Notes: a model not told the origin generated them from the letters alone. A stretch of 64,000 bases of DNA from Balanoglossus misakiensis (GCA_040954595.2 CM082586.2:6186509-6250508), one strand, 5' to 3'. Positions 11,770 to 27,400 are shown, numbered from the stretch's first letter. A program made the numbers and translations.

Positions 11770-14700
11770 ACCATGTAAACTGATATGTAACATGACGCTC
11801 ATTAACTTTTAATATCCATATAGATTAAATGTCCACGCCATCATCTCTCGACGTTAACACATACGTTCATCACGAAATCTCTATAAAAGTACCAAAAATA
11901 AACATTTATGCCATGTATTTATATTTTTCTTTTGGCGAGTGCTCTTGCCAGAGACTACATAACTAATATGCATTTGTGTCATTGACAGAACTGACATGCG
12001 AATTTACATTGACATATTATATTCATTAATTAATTCATTGAATTGATTTTATCATCTGTTTTTGGAAACTAATGATAATCATCATCATCGTTATCATCAT
12101 CATCATCATCGCAATAAACTTTAACACAAGAAACATGTTAAAAGCACGACATCTCTGACAAATATTACAGTTTTCAACTGCAGTCTGATAAAAGCTTTTT
12201 TGTCTTGCGTAAACGATTTGCCCTGCATTTCATGGATTCATGGACAGCAGCCTGACAGAGAAAATAAACCTCGCAATTCGCTATTTTATGCAGCCCATCT
12301 CTGCAATGCTTCGTCACATTGTTTATTGTACCTGTGAAAATAATCTTATCGGGATGCATGCCGCAAACTAAACAGAAACCTTTACCCATGTAATATTTCT
12401 CTTCTGGCATATGTTGTTGCAATCTGCCGAGGCACATATGTTGTGAAGCCACAGAGAAGATAGATCAACTGAGTCAATTATTAAAAATGAAATATATATG
12501 CAAAACAAAATGAATTAACATTTAATTTATATTTCGATAATTGAGTGTCATTTTTGGAAGATCATCACCGGTAGATATCACTTTATATATTAGTCTGTTT
12601 CAACATTCATTTCGATTCTAATCTGAACAAATTTACTTTCCAGTTGATCTGTATACCAAGTTTTCAACTAGTAATATTTTAAAATATTTTGCTGTTCTGA
12701 CAAAGAAAATATTTTAAATGAATGGACACTGTTTTGCGTAAAGTACGACACGCATGAAAATAAGTAGGATCTGCATGAGAATATGCCTGTGCCAAAGGAA
12801 AATATCAACTGGAGAAAACCCTGTTACCCCAGCTTTGTAACAGACCAAACAAATGCTAGCCAATAATACAAAGCACAATGGAAAAGGAAGATAGTCTTGA
12901 ATTTGTACACACGTACCTGCTGAACATTGGTCGGTGACTGAAACGAGATGCACTGACTCAGCACGAACAGTAAGAGAGAAATGTTGCGTCGGAAACTGGC
13001 AAAGGTAATATAAAGCGATATCAAACATGTGACGGGCTATGACGTGGCATGTTTTCTGGTATCCATGCCAACTAAACGATAACATAACAAATCCGCACAC
13101 ATACAACTGTTTAAACGTGTGCACTGATATTTCAGGGGTACAAACTTTGATATTTAATCATAGTATATTTTTATTGCTTTTTTGTCTTTAGAAAAACATC
13201 AATATACACATGTACATGCAGCTTTACTTCAATAATGAAATATATGCTTTATGTATATGTATACGCAAATATGATTGTATATGTACATGTATGTACCCGG
13301 TATGTATGTATGTATGTATGAGCGTACATGCTGAGCCATGGGACAACTTTTTAGTTTTCTGCTTGTAAACTTTGCAGCATCAGAAAACATTCGTGTGGTT
13401 GTATGCAGCTTTGCCAACGCATTAGAATGTCAGTAAAAACCACATACCTAAAAAGCTAACTGACCTTTGACAGGTCAGCGGACTTTTATCTTGTAGGTTA
13501 TACTTGTCAATCAAAGAAAGATATCGTGAAATTAACAGTGTACGAGTTTCTTTGTTCAAAAAGGGAACAATATTAAGTGAAAATCGACTTTTGAAGACGA
13601 TATGGACAAAAATTGGATTGTGGGATGAATAATATGATTAAGACTGGGAATTGTGAGTTTTGTATTCAATTCAACGCTTGTAATGCCACAATAATTGTGA
13701 GCATTTCACCAATAAAGCCTGTAATTGCTTTTCCTTCTATTTTTATAGCCTTTCATACAGATGGGTATCATATGCTGTCCCTGGTGGAATTTTCTGGACA
13801 CATTAAATTAAAGTTTCCTTTCACTGAAAAAACCTTCATGAATTCCACATAGGTTAATTGAAATAAGAACCAGCAAACAATTGGGACACAGAATTACAAG
13901 GGCATTCTCAAGTCTGTCGCTCATTGCAAAGTACATTGCATCTTGTAAAGGGCCCATGACAAAAAATCAATCTGTACCAAACGCCTACACATATATACAT
14001 ACATGTTATACATATACACATGCAAGCCTTTATTCTTTTTTATATCATTTGTACATGCCATCTTTTTGTGCTGACACCACCTTTCCATTGCAGAAACACA
14101 GACAATAATACTGTATTGGCACCACATGTAGGTATGTACGAAAATCATTAAATCGAACAGCGATTGAAAGCAGGACAGAGCGTGGCGCATGTCTGTAACA
14201 TCAAAACAAACTTGATCAAAATTTTAAGGAGACGTTTGGCCTTGAAGGGCCCGGTCGGTTTGTTTAGCCAACGCGGCTGAATAATCCGCGATTGATTTTT
14301 GCGCACACAGGATCGCGTGCAGCTATCGTTGCAGGGCTGGGCATTGATTTTGCTGCATTCAATGTGAGATGGACTTTACCTTGTCGACCCCAGGAGAGAC
14401 ATCTTAATTCAGAGAAATGAATGGATTCATATCTTGCTCATTTGATTGTGAAAGCACCTGCACCAGGTGAGTGTCTTAGGCCATCTAAAGAGTGTCGGCG
14501 GAGTACAGCACAGTGACGCCACTATACACTGTATCTTTATTTTACCCACATCTATTGTACCTCTATGATAAGATAGCAACTAGTCGGTTGATACTATAAA
14601 GACCCTTAAGGTAACTATAGCAACTGGCCAATTGATACTATAAGTGCCTCTAACTATTTGGGGAAGGCGGTGGTAGCAGACGTCACCAATTAAATGGAAT

Positions 14701-15439
14701 TGCAAACACCAGATCAATTATTCACCACAATGGAGCATTTGTAAAAAAAGTCATTGTTCACGAATTCTGAATAAAATCTCACTGTACTATGATGCTTTTA
14801 TATGAATGCCTATGCAGTGATATGACTTATCAACATCTGGCCAGGTTTTTCAATTAAAGATGAATTTCATGAAATACGCAAGACTTATGAAGAAAAATAA
14901 CTGAAGACGAGACACCAACTTCGTGATAAAACCTGTACAATTAATAAATGTATGAAATGTGTAAAACTTTCAGGCTTAACTCGTGTCCTGTGAGATGTTC
15001 TGAGGAAATACAATCTAAATACATCCCATTTTATGATTCAAAAGTATATTTGACGATGTACATCAATTAGTAGATTAGTTTGATTAATTGATATGATTAG
15101 ATAGTAAGTTGGCTTGTGGGTGGATTGGTTAGTTGGTTGTGTTTTGGCTTATTTGTCGTTCAAAATAACGACTGAGCGCATTTTAGCTTTGAACATTGCA
15201 GATTGATAGTGACATCTTCCTCGAACACTGCGCCCATGTAGTTAGAAAATGAACTCAAATCCAGTTACAATTTCTTCAGATACCTCTGGGCATCAATGAC
15301 TGGGCAAATGTCAGGATACGAATCTACTGCTCACCAAACTAGTCCTTTGGCAATGCCTTAGATTGAATACAAGAAAGGTCTTTTCATCAAGCTATAAATT
15401 TGGATGAATTTAGCCACCAGAAAAACACACTGCTGATCA

Positions 15440-15750
15440 AAGAATCCTGTTGCCAACATCTAATTTGCAGAGATTTTTTTTACGAAAAAGAACGGCAAAA
15501 AATTGCCCCCAAAATACAAAATATGCAACCTACACCACAATATGAACAAACTGTAAACGCACTCAGGTCACCCCTAGGAACCTGCATACAGAATTTCAAA
15601 GTATCGTAATCAGACCAGTGGTATCAGAGAAGATTACACGTTACAAAAAAGGGCAACAATTGCCCCCAAAATACAGACAAGTGTCGACAGACGCCGTGCA
15701 GTCAACGGACAATCACCATGTCTGACAGGCTCCACGGCGCTGACAAAGGA
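15440..15750. repeat. Interspersed repeat fragment related to the 36.4-38.3 kb repeat cluster
   Basis: Shared motifs such as aattgcccccaaaataca and aatc(a/t)gaccagt. Confidence 0.4.
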
Positions 15751-18040
15751 TCTACATGTAAAAATCTATAACGAGAACAGGCTGACACCCAAGTCGTCAA
15801 TTCGAAGTTTTAGAAAGTAATAATATTCAAGAGGCAGTTACTGAGTGACTTTTCACCTCAACTTGACATGAATTCATCAGCGAAACAAATTGTGTTTTCA
15901 GTACAATCTACATCAACGGAATGCAATTTGTACTCGGTTAGATATCTTGAATAGCGCGGCAATTGCCCATGAAACAGGTTCAGGTAGAAGTATTCCAGCA
16001 GTCAACCATGAAGCTGTTGAACAGACCATTAATGATGTTCTATCAGCAATCATTCTAAAAATTTACGCTCAAAGTAAATGTCTGTGAGGCCAGACAGAAT
16101 CAAAACAAAACTACCCGGAGTCTCTGATTCTTTCTATGTTGATTTTTCCCCATTTTTGTCAAATAAAATTATTTCTGGGATTTTCTGAACAACTACCGGT
16201 ATATGGTACAGTTACGTCATTCTCACTTCTTTGTAATTGATTTCGCAAGTTAAGAAACGTTCGCCTTCCACAGTAAACTCCATTGCGGACATTCACCTAT
16301 GAAAGGCCAGCATGACCTAAAATTTAGATACACCTTCAACTAATAGTGCTCATTTTATCTCACATGACTTGTCAGAATCTTCAGTTTAGAATAACCCTGA
16401 TCCGGAATACCCTGGTTTTCAGCGACTCGCTTTAGATCTAAATCTTCTCGGTCGGCCATCGAGTTCTCTGTTCTCTTTTCCTCAAATCCCAAGAAGCCCT
16501 CTCCGGTGCTTAGCGATGAGATGGTCGACCAATAATGCAATAATGAGAAGATCAATCTGAACTTTCAAAAATCCACAATCTCTACCACAATGCTGACAGT
16601 ACGGAAAAGGAGGATTGGGAGTGCTTATGTTCGCTGCGGCTATTGACATGATTCGGATGACAGCAGTTAAATTGTCGACAGTTATACTCGTTTATAATCC
16701 AGCTACTTATTTTGACCTAACACCTGAGCCGAGCGATCAGTCTTATTTTGGAAAATACATTCATTGGTGATGTCTACAGTGTTTGGCACTACCCTTTCAT
16801 GTCTCCCATGCGTTACTTGGAAGCGATGAACTCAATTAAAGTGAAGACGTACTTATCATCTGAGGGGAGTTTTGACACGTTCCGCTGGCTACATGCTGCG
16901 AGACACGTGCAACACAACAAAGCCAAAGCTTCCCTATAGCCAGACTCAAAATAGACCTATACAGTTGTAAATCAAACTTAAACGGATACATTAATTGACA
17001 TAGGCGCAGGGAGCATAGACCATATACTCTTTGCCTTGTATATGTGCTTCTTGAAAACAATGGAAAGCAAGAAACTATATACAAAAAGCACTCTGAAACT
17101 CTTAGCTTATACAAATTCCTCAGAAGTCTCACTGCAGGCCAGATAGGAAAATTTGTTTAATCTTACAGTCAGGGCTGTTTCCTGAATTAGCATACCTGCT
17201 GAGAAGTGATTTTGGCAGTTGAAAATAAGCCTGTGAATTCTGACAAATTAATTTCCCTTTAAAAGTTGAAAATTACTGTTGTAGAGATAGCAGGATGTCT
17301 AAAACCTATGTGGGGTCGAGTTAATGAGCATCTTCTACGTTATATTATATATCTCAATGTCTTGCTGTGTCTATCCACAAACTGGCATCTCAGTAAACCC
17401 TTGCTGTGTCAAAAGCAATCGCACAAAAAAGGCTTAAGGAAATCACCATCAGACACCTAATTGACAGGCATTGGTAATAGCTAACATTGCAGTTTTGCTG
17501 TTCGCATTTTCAACAGTTATGTTAAATTAAAAACAAAATGTAAGTATAAACCAGTGACACCTCTAATGAAATCATTTGTAGCTGTTGTGGGACCTGGTCT
17601 TTTGTTTCTAGTAAACAGTTTCACTCTACAAAGTGTCTATGATTTTCCCACTAAAGCAATGCCCACGGTTCCGGGACTCCCTCGAGTAGTGAAACGAGAG
17701 GTGTACTATAGTGTGTGAGTAGAGGGACTCCTGTTGAAATTTGTTAGCGTCATCATTCTGTTCCACTGTATCAAGTAACTACTGACTGCTGCATGACTCG
17801 TTTCCCCCATTTACTCTGCCCCCAACGACAGGGGGATGAATAGAAGACCTAGGTCAAACAATAAGAGTTCACTTTAAGTAAAAGCGAGGTTTTTGTCATG
17901 TAGATCACTTTGTCCTACATAGAGAACAGTCGGCTGTTTTGTGTGCAACAATGTCATTCTATCTGGGTTTCTGTGACATGATCTAGTTGAAACATTCTGT
18001 GGTCAACATGCAGTTTTTTAGAGTCCAGCTAAAACGAGCC

Positions 18041-18585
18041 GTTGGATTAAATAGAATGGTCATTCATGTACCGGTATAAACTGTGTCTCAATGCTCTGAC
18101 GCATTTGTAAATGCATGGTTATTTTACTCTCATGGCAAATGAATTGACAATTGTTTGACCATTAATCCGGGCAAGCAGGAAATAACCTTCACATTCTCCC
18201 ATGTTTAGAAATGTGCTAAATCGCACGTTATCAGTCAAACAATTCACCTGAGATGTAAACATGCGTGACCAGGCATGGCCTAACTGCGCATGTGCTTCTA
18301 TACTCGATTTGGTCAAGACAGCGAATTATCTTCGGTAAAAAGTTTGTTTGCCACTGGAGCTGGTGAAGACTAAATGTGGGATTGAATTGAATAGAATGGT
18401 CAAATAAGTTTTGCCTAGACGCTGCGAGGGATTTGTAAACATATATTTTACCTCTCAGGTAAGCCTCAAGGTTAAACAGTGAATCGGCTCCGTGACCAGG
18501 GCAAGCAGGAAATGACCTTCACTTTCTCTTAGACACGTGTTAATTCGCACATAGTACTGTCCAAAAAAAAATTACCTGCGATATC
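18041..18585. repeat. Diverged direct duplication, period about 330 bp
   Basis: aatagaatggtca and gggcaagcaggaaat(a/g)accttcac each occur twice with similar spacing. Confidence 0.65.
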
Positions 18586-19884
18586 ATACCGGATGCTGGC
18601 AGTTCTTCAAAATTCATTTCCCATGAATGTGCTACAGGCTAAACGTTGAAGCAGACGACAGTTACTAAAATTCGGTTTTTATTGCTGACTGAGGGAGCTA
18701 ATTCGAGAGTTGATATCCAGGTATATACGGGTACTGTTCGCCTGGCACGGAATGCTGCGGCATCCAAAATAAGCTGGGTAATTTTATTTTACTTGTACAT
18801 ATATTCAGCAATTTCAATTGAGTCTTCACACCATGTTTGTGTGTAAGTCACATTTCACACAGTATGGCATATCTATAAAAATTGCCAGGCGATTGACCTG
18901 GTTGTGAAGCAATGTAAGAAGCCTATCTGGTGATTCCACAGAATTAATTTTTTTGACAAGTTTCTCTGTCTCATACTGACTTTGGTTTAGATTTTAAGCC
19001 GATAAACTAATCAACATTTGAAAATCTGAAATTGAATTTAGTTGAATTTATTTAAATCAGTTACCCTCAATTATTGAGGAACTGTCAACAAAAATGGCAA
19101 CAGGGAAAGCCAAACAAAATATCCATTTTTTATTACTGGCCACTTTATCAGACACCCATATCACTACCACAAAATTCCTTGGCTCCTTTGAAACTACATG
19201 TACGTCATTCATAATATATTACCTGCCTTGTGTATGAATACCCTAGTGATGTAAGCGAGTAGGTATTAATGTAGACAACTTGATTTATTACCCATCAGCG
19301 TATACAATGAAGCCAGCAAATAGTGGGTGAAAGGTTGCCTGACCTGCACAGGTCCAGTTCACCAAGTTTCTATCGAGAAGTGAAAGGAATGTACGCTTGC
19401 GAAATTTACTTCTCTAATGCACGCATGGCAAGCTTTTCTTTGTCTGCAAACACATTCCTTTCAGATGACCTCACAGTGCATTCGTTTATAACATTAGTTG
19501 CAACATACATGTGCGTGTGAAACTAAGGTGTCCTCAAATAACCTCATACGCTGCAACTCAATAAAATTTAAGCTTTAAATAATATTTGATATGCTTTTTA
19601 TACTGTAAATTAACTGATAATTATGCCTGATAGCATATCAAGAAAACACTTATGTATGACAAAATGTCCAAACAATTATCGAGAAATCAGGCAATTTCAA
19701 GAAAGTGAAATATTGTAAATGAAAAATGTTAAAATGGTTTTACCTTGCTTTCATCACGCAAGGTAAAAACACCCAATGTAAAAGATTGCATTCTGAACTA
19801 CTTTTCTTTCGCTGATGCTAATTTGTGTGCACATATAATTTTTGACAGAGCTTTTAACTACCAAGGGCTCCCTTCGCATAAAGA

Positions 19885-21417
19885 ATGGATGAAAAAGAAG
19901 CAGAAACAGACACCATTTCACATATTTCCATTGTAAGTGGAAGTAGCGATTCGACGGCAAGTTCCATCGATCCAATTTACCAGTATGCTTCCCTGAAAGG
20001 GAAAACAAAGACTCGGAAATTTGCTCATCCGAAAATAGCCAGAGCTATCAGTGGACTGACAGGTGATAATGAAGAGGACATCAGAAAACCTGCTAAAAGA
20101 AGAATTATTGCGGTCTGTGCTTGTGGCGTGGCTCTTGTGTTGGTATTTGTTGCCGTTGTGTTAGTCATCAACATGAAAGGTAAGCAATATTATCATCTAA
20201 AATGGCCACCACACTACACTGTACAGTATTTGGGTTTTCTTAGTCATCGCAAAACTCTCAGCAAGGTGTGTTGTTTGATTGGAAAGTAAATATATATAAA
20301 ACTGTTTGAAACATGAATTATAATTGTAATCCAGCCATATCATGCAATAATGTAAGTATCAGCAAAATTTCACGGAACGCGGAAATTTATATCTGTAGAA
20401 AGCGTCACGAATGTTTGTCTATCGACACCACAAAAGAATGCTGTTTGGTTGACGTCATACATTCCGACTTTACATACAAATTCAAAATGTCGTCCGAGGA
20501 TGTGCTAGAGTGCACAAATCCAATAGTGGTTGACTTCAAAATGGCGAACACATACTTAACAAAGTGTGTCATAGACGTCATGAAAATGGGGTATTGGGTC
20601 AGCTGATCCGTATGAAACTGAATGAAGTTCAACTTTGGGATATGTATTCATGTGATTTTAAATTCTATGGTACAGACAACCTTACCCAACGTGCGACAAT
20701 TTGGTATGGAATTATACATATTGGGGCATTGTGTCTTTTTTCTCGGGCCCATATATGTTTAGAAAGTTACACTAGACTGAAAATGAACACTATCATCTAA
20801 TAAATACATCTGATGCCTAACATATTTCTGCCATCTGCTCGTGTTTCAAGACAAAATAGAGCCCCAGAGCCAGGCCAACAAAAAGCCACAGCTGACTTCA
20901 GATGACCCAGTGGTCTTGGACACACCGATGCCAACAACCTCCGAGATACTTCCACCGGAGACTGCAAGTCAGAAAGCGCCCGCAGGGAGCGCAAAGCACG
21001 GTACTACGACAACAGGACCACAGTACAAGACTACACCAACACAGGTTCCAACAAAACCAATCACTGTTCCGCGTAGTGAAGCTATGCCAGCAGCAGGCGA
21101 GGGCACAGAGGCATTGACGGTGAGCAAACACGACGACGGGCCCCCAAGAGACACAACAACCAAGCCCGTTCAGTTGAAGTCACCACGTCCATCGTACATT
21201 CCACCCGAGACCACCCAAGCCGACGATAGTGGGCGATCGACAGTACCAAACCCACCACCCTTCACTGAAGTGACAGAGTTACAAAGGTCTCCCTCAACGT
21301 CGAAAGGTTTCACTGGAAAACCAAGCAAATCGACGGAGGAGGATTTCCAACACGATCACAGAATTACACCTACGGTTGCTAAAAATGACATGAATGAAGT
21401 GGACAAGTTGAACCTAG
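19885..21417 (+). CDS. Gene A exons 1-2: cytoplasmic tail, signal-anchor TM, Ser/Thr/Pro-rich stem
   Basis: RKPAKRR precedes [22 protein letters not shown] (type II topology); the next exon is P/T/S-rich. Confidence 0.85.
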
Positions 21418-24400
21418 GTAAGTATATGTAGCGTGTTTGTCTTTAACCATGTGAGTAGACATCTGATGTTAATGAAAGTAATTCAGAATAAGCATAGACT
21501 GTACTGTTAAAGGTATTCACTTCAATCCCCTTTGTAAATTTTGCCATTGATGCATTGCATGGGAAGGCTTAAAGGTGTAATGACCAGACACCACTGGTTT
21601 TCTTCAAGATTTTGTACTTGTTACTGACACTTAATAACAGTTAATGTTTCCTGTTTCTGGCAGGCGAAACATATTTTTGTGATTTCGAATACAGTTCAAT
21701 ATGCGGTTATACCCAGGATTATAATGATGATTTCGATTGGACAAGGCGCTCTGGAAGAACGACTTCCTCAAACACAGGACCAGATTATGACCACACCCAT
21801 GGCGACCAAGACTTAGGTAAGTGCAGTAGGAATGTAAATGTGTAAAGTGCGTCGCTGAGTACCTACACAATATTGTATGCATGCAATTGACATACAAACA
21901 GGTTCATATATACAGTGTCTAAGCAAATTCTGTATGAAATGTTTTGTTGATTGAGTTTAACTGATGTAGGAGGAGAACCTAGAGACCCATTTTGCTCACT
22001 TCCTTTCTGACTTGAACCTTAACCCTTCCTTGCAGGTTACTATATGTATATAGAAACCTCATTAGGCTCCTACGGTGATTTGGCCAGATTGTTCTCGTCA
22101 TCGATTGATGTACCAGGTGATCTTTGTCTCCGATTCTGGTACCATATGTATGGCTGGGATATCGAGGATTTGAGAGTGTACCTTTCAGACGACTCAAATA
22201 ATGGTACCCTTATCTGGTCCAGAAGCTTCGACATGGGGAACGTCTGGCATTATGCAAATGTGTCCCTTCCAGAAAATAGTGCTGAATCATCAAGGCAGGT
22301 GGTCTTCGAAGCAGTTCGTGGACATTCATACAGAGGTGACATTGCCATCGACGACGTTCTCATCCAAAATGGTTCTTGTGATGATATATGTAAGTTCAGG
22401 ACACCGATTTCTTTTTTTATCATACTGTATTTTGTACTTGCAAAGGAAGCAAATCTCAAATTATTTTAAACCTTGTGCATGGACAATTCAAGACAGGTCA
22501 AAATTAAAAGTTTTTGTTTCTAGGAACCAATTTTATGGAGATATATTCACTTTTAGAAAGCCGATCGGCCTGGGAAATTATTTTCCACGAACAATTAGTA
22601 ATTGTTCCTCCTTTTTCTCCTCAGATTTATCGACTGCAATTGAACCATTTACAGCGAATATAATGGCAACATATGCTAGTTCAGTTAACCTTACATGTCG
22701 CCTTCAGGGTGAAATACATCCTCAAACGGACGAACTGTCCTGGACGAGAGTGCATGGCAACGTCACTGTACTGGTATCATTGGGGAACAATTTACTCGTA
22801 AATGGGGATGACCCCGAAGAACCGGGACAGCAGACTCGTTACTCGTTAACCTGGAATTCATTTGACAACTATTATACGCTGGGAATAAGCAGTGTGCGAA
22901 GTATTGACGTTGGTGAATGGGTATGCGGATTGGGATACATTGATCAGGAGGAATCTGTATGGTTAGATATTCCAGGTCAGTTTTCTACCGTACATCCTTT
23001 ACTATACATATCTGTAAATTCAATACTGCTGGGTTAAGGAATCATACATGCACACAACAGAACTGAGGTACAAGTAATTCTTTTGTTTAGCATGTCAAAA
23101 AATTAACCCAACACTTATACTTATTCACAACAGACCCTGTTTGCTATTGGACCTGCCAGAACGGAGGTGTTTGCACTCATCACTGGAGTGGTACGCCAGT
23201 TTGCAATTGTCTATGGCCATTCAGTGGCTATGCATGTCATGTCGGTAAGTGTCCATGTACAAAATTTCTTTGCATTATATGATATGTACTGTATTTTTCA
23301 CTGGTTTTCTGCAAATAAGATGGAGAATAGTTCCAACTGAAATCAGGCATGTGCCAACAGTCTTCTCGACCCTATTTCAGTATGGTGTACTATAAACTGG
23401 TCATATGCTCACTGAATACTTTACAAGGAAGGAAGGGTTGACACATGAGTGACGTATGGTTATCATGTAACGATGCTATGCTTACTGATCAAACATTTTA
23501 TATATTAACTTTAGCTACCCTCAGTCTTTTCACAATGTGCGAGACACACACAAGTTATTCTAATAATAAGGAGTCACAGATTTCTATCATTACAATACGC
23601 ATTATATTTGATTTTACTTCTTCTAGATTTGTTGCCATATTTCTGTGATTTCGAAGACTGGTTATGTGATTTTACCCAGGATGTCATTGGCGATCATTTT
23701 GACTGGACAAGGGATTCTGGAGGTACCCCCTCTTCAGGTACAGGTCCTTCCTATGATCACACCACAGGCGACTCAAGTGGTAAGTGCAAAAATTGGGAAT
23801 CAATTTAAAATACTAGTAGTAGAGAGGTGGACATTCGAGAACAGAGCAGCACAGAAACAGCATTCTGTGGTTTACGTTGGTTCCAATAACGTCACCAAAT
23901 GTTTGCAGGTTACTACATGTACATCGAGGCATCTTCGTGGAGCACCGGCTATGCCGCAAGGCTGACGTCTCCTGCTTTTTACGTCACCGATCCTGTCTGT
24001 CTACGCTTTTGGTACCACATGTACGGCTCAGGTATGGGAACTCTGAATGTTTACGCCAAGCGTGCCGCGAATCTAGGAACACCGCTGTGGTCCCGAAGTT
24101 ACGACATGGGCAATAACTGGCTTTACGGCAATGTAACCATACCGTCGGGTGGTATCCCCACATGCCAAGTGGTATTTGAAGCCATCAGAGGGACTTCGTT
24201 CACGAGTGATATTGCTATTGACGACGTGGTCATCCAACGCGGTGACTGTGACCACTTAGGTGAGTAAATAACGTGTTGCACGGGTAAACTCTTTGTTCAT
24301 TGCAAATGACTGTGGTCTAAGAACCCATAGGACAAATTCCTTATGAATAAATAACATGTTTACTGGGAATTAGAAGAATTGACATATCGATAACAAATAG

Positions 24401-27400
24401 GTGAAAGGGCCAAAGTCTCTCTTCTTTAGTTTTTTTTTATTTGTTTGAAAATGAAAAAGTTGTTCCAGTTATTTGACTACTTGAAACATTCTGAAATACT
24501 GAACTGTACTCAAGCTCTACTATGCTTGTAGACAAACATTTTGGCATTAGTAAATATTTAAAATTGTACCATAACTCTGAATTGTGTTTGTATGTTTTGT
24601 TTCGTCAGAATTTGGTGCAGTTGAACCATTCAAAATGAATATTACGGTATCGCATGGTGACCCAGTTGAGCTTGTTTGTCAACTTAATGGTGCAGTGCAC
24701 CCTGACGTGGACCAACTCTCCTGGACAAGAATCTCTGATAATAGTGTCACCATTTCCAATGGAAACTTTTTGCTTGACAATGGGGATGACCCCGAAGAAC
24801 CACGGCAGCAGAATCGTTACTCGCTACTCTGGACTTCATCCGACAGTCAGAATTATACCTTACGGATTAGCAGTGTACGGAATGTTGATGTTGGGGAATG
24901 GATTTGCAGGTTTGGTGCTGTCAATCATGAGGAATCTGTATGGTTAGACATCGAAGGTCAGTCTTCCAAAACGGACATGTGCATGTAGTTATAATATCGA
25001 AAGTACATGTAGGCATGTGCTGATTTGATTATTAATTGCAAATAGCGTAGTCGTAGGGTACTGTCTCGAATTGATATTACATATGCCTTCGCTTCCAAGA
25101 CAATAATACATGTACCTCTACCATTGGAGACAGTAAATATTTTGAGCTCTGGTGTGCCATGTGATTTAGGCTACGGAAACAAAAATAGCGCACATGTATT
25201 GTTTTCCGACAGACCCCGTCTGCCCAGCACCATGTCTGAATGGAGGTGTTTGTACTCACCACTGGAACAGTACAGCAGTATGTGATTGCCCATGGCCATT
25301 CACTGGTGACAGATGTGAAATTGGTAAGTGTCACTGTGTATTAATGAAATGTTTTGTTGTATACTGATATGATGGAGAGTTAATGTATACTATACTATTA
25401 TATTATATTATATTATATTATATTATATTATATTATATTATATTATATTATATTATATTTTAAGCTTTAGTTTTAGAATATAAACGTATCATATTCGCTA
25501 CCAAATACAAATGTTATCATGACTGAATTTCTTTTGCAACTTTAGCTGAAGTGTCGGTTAGTAAACACTTAACAAAGTAAAAAAGTGTTGCCATTAAATA
25601 CAGAAATACCCGGTAGAAAACACTGCGAATAAATAATATGTGTATCTCGTTTTCAGGTTCCACCGGGAGAATGGACGAACTTTGTGATTTTGAAAACAGT
25701 GCAATTTGTGGGTTCACTAGAGAAAAGGACGACTATGGGATTGGCTGGACTTGGTCTACCAATATTCCAGACCCTTTGTTTGATCAAATTGTTGACCATA
25801 CACTCGGAAATCATTTAGGTACATGTACAAACCTAACATGTTTTCATGTATTTAACAGATGAAAATCTACCTGGTAGATCCTGATTATGACGTCACTGCA
25901 TGTAATGCAATTCAATAGCATGGTTAACTATTCCTTAGTTGGCACTCAGAATGGTAAACTCATGTCAACAAAATTCAAAATTGTGAAGCTCATATAAAAA
26001 TGGCCTACATGAACGGTACCCAGCTCATGTAAAAATGGCCTACATGTACCCAGTATATTATGATCTGTTTGATGTGTAAAAATGATTTCCCTCTCCATTT
26101 CTATTTAAGGCCACTTCATGTACACCTACTATGATTTACATTATGCTGGGAAAGCAAGATTGCTCACACCAGTATATCAGGTCGCGCCGCATACACAATA
26201 TGTGTGCGTGGAATTTTGGTATGTGATCTCCACCAATCCGTATGGCGATGTAGGAGTATACTTTCTTCAAAGTGGTGCTGCAAATGAAAACTTGGTGGAC
26301 GGGTTTCGGTCATCTAATTTCTCAACCAACTGGACACAGCGCAGCCTTCAACTTTTATCAAGTGGTCAATACTTCCAGATAATATTTGAAGTGAACTTCA
26401 ATATAAACTATGGCGACCCGTTTCTGTTTGCCCTAGACGATATTATTGTTTCTAATGGAACGTGTAAGGATGTAGGTAAATATAACGTCGATAACCCTCC
26501 TTCAAGAATATTTGTGATTTGATTGATAATATTGTAATATTTTTTTATAAATCCAAATCTAATACAAGGGTATGGTTGTTTTAAATGCCTACTACTATAG
26601 TATTTTGTCTGATTTTGTTTTTCAGATGAGTGTTCTGTTGGAGATTTTTACTGCGAAGATGGCACTACCTGCATGGCCTCGACTTACACCTGTGATGGCA
26701 ATGTCAACTGTTTAGATGGGAGTGATGAAAAGGGTTGCGGTAGGCATTACATATTCGCCTTCAATTTACATTGCTGAACAGTAGCACTTGCAAACTTAGC
26801 CCATATTTCAACCAAATGCTCATTTAGTTCCAATCTTTTTGAATGAGGATTGGGATATTTAAAATGGAAATAAGGCATAAATTACATAGAAAGGCAATAA
26901 GATGCTTGGATAAAAATAGGTATAGTTGCTTCTTTTGTCATTATTTTGGACACATTTTTTCATCGATTGTTACGCAAGTTTCTTACCCCATAGAAAATTG
27001 TATATCGTGAAAGATCTGCCTATGCACCTGTTTATGTCTGTAGTAGCAAAAATCATCATGCTAATATATTTCATTTACCCTACTGAACACCATCATACAC
27101 TTGTGCAAGTAACACTGTGTCTCTCTGCAGGTGATTGTGGTGGCGAACTTCAGATACCTGCATATGGAGGGCGCACACTCCAGTCTGAGGGCTTTCCGAA
27201 TATGGCAAACCTTAGCGACTGTTACTGGTTTATCAACACCGAGGAGAACTTCACATTGCTGATAACGTTGCACGAATTCGTTTGCCAGGTCACGGATTTT
27301 CTTGACATTGGACATGGTCCAATTGTGTCAAGCCAGACCCGTCAAAGTCATCTCAACACCGATCAGTTCTATTACACAGATTACCTGTCCTATGAACTAG

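Noticed and set aside
16355-16555. ORF containing MADREDLDLKRV
   Set aside because: Short, no motif, no supporting exon chain.
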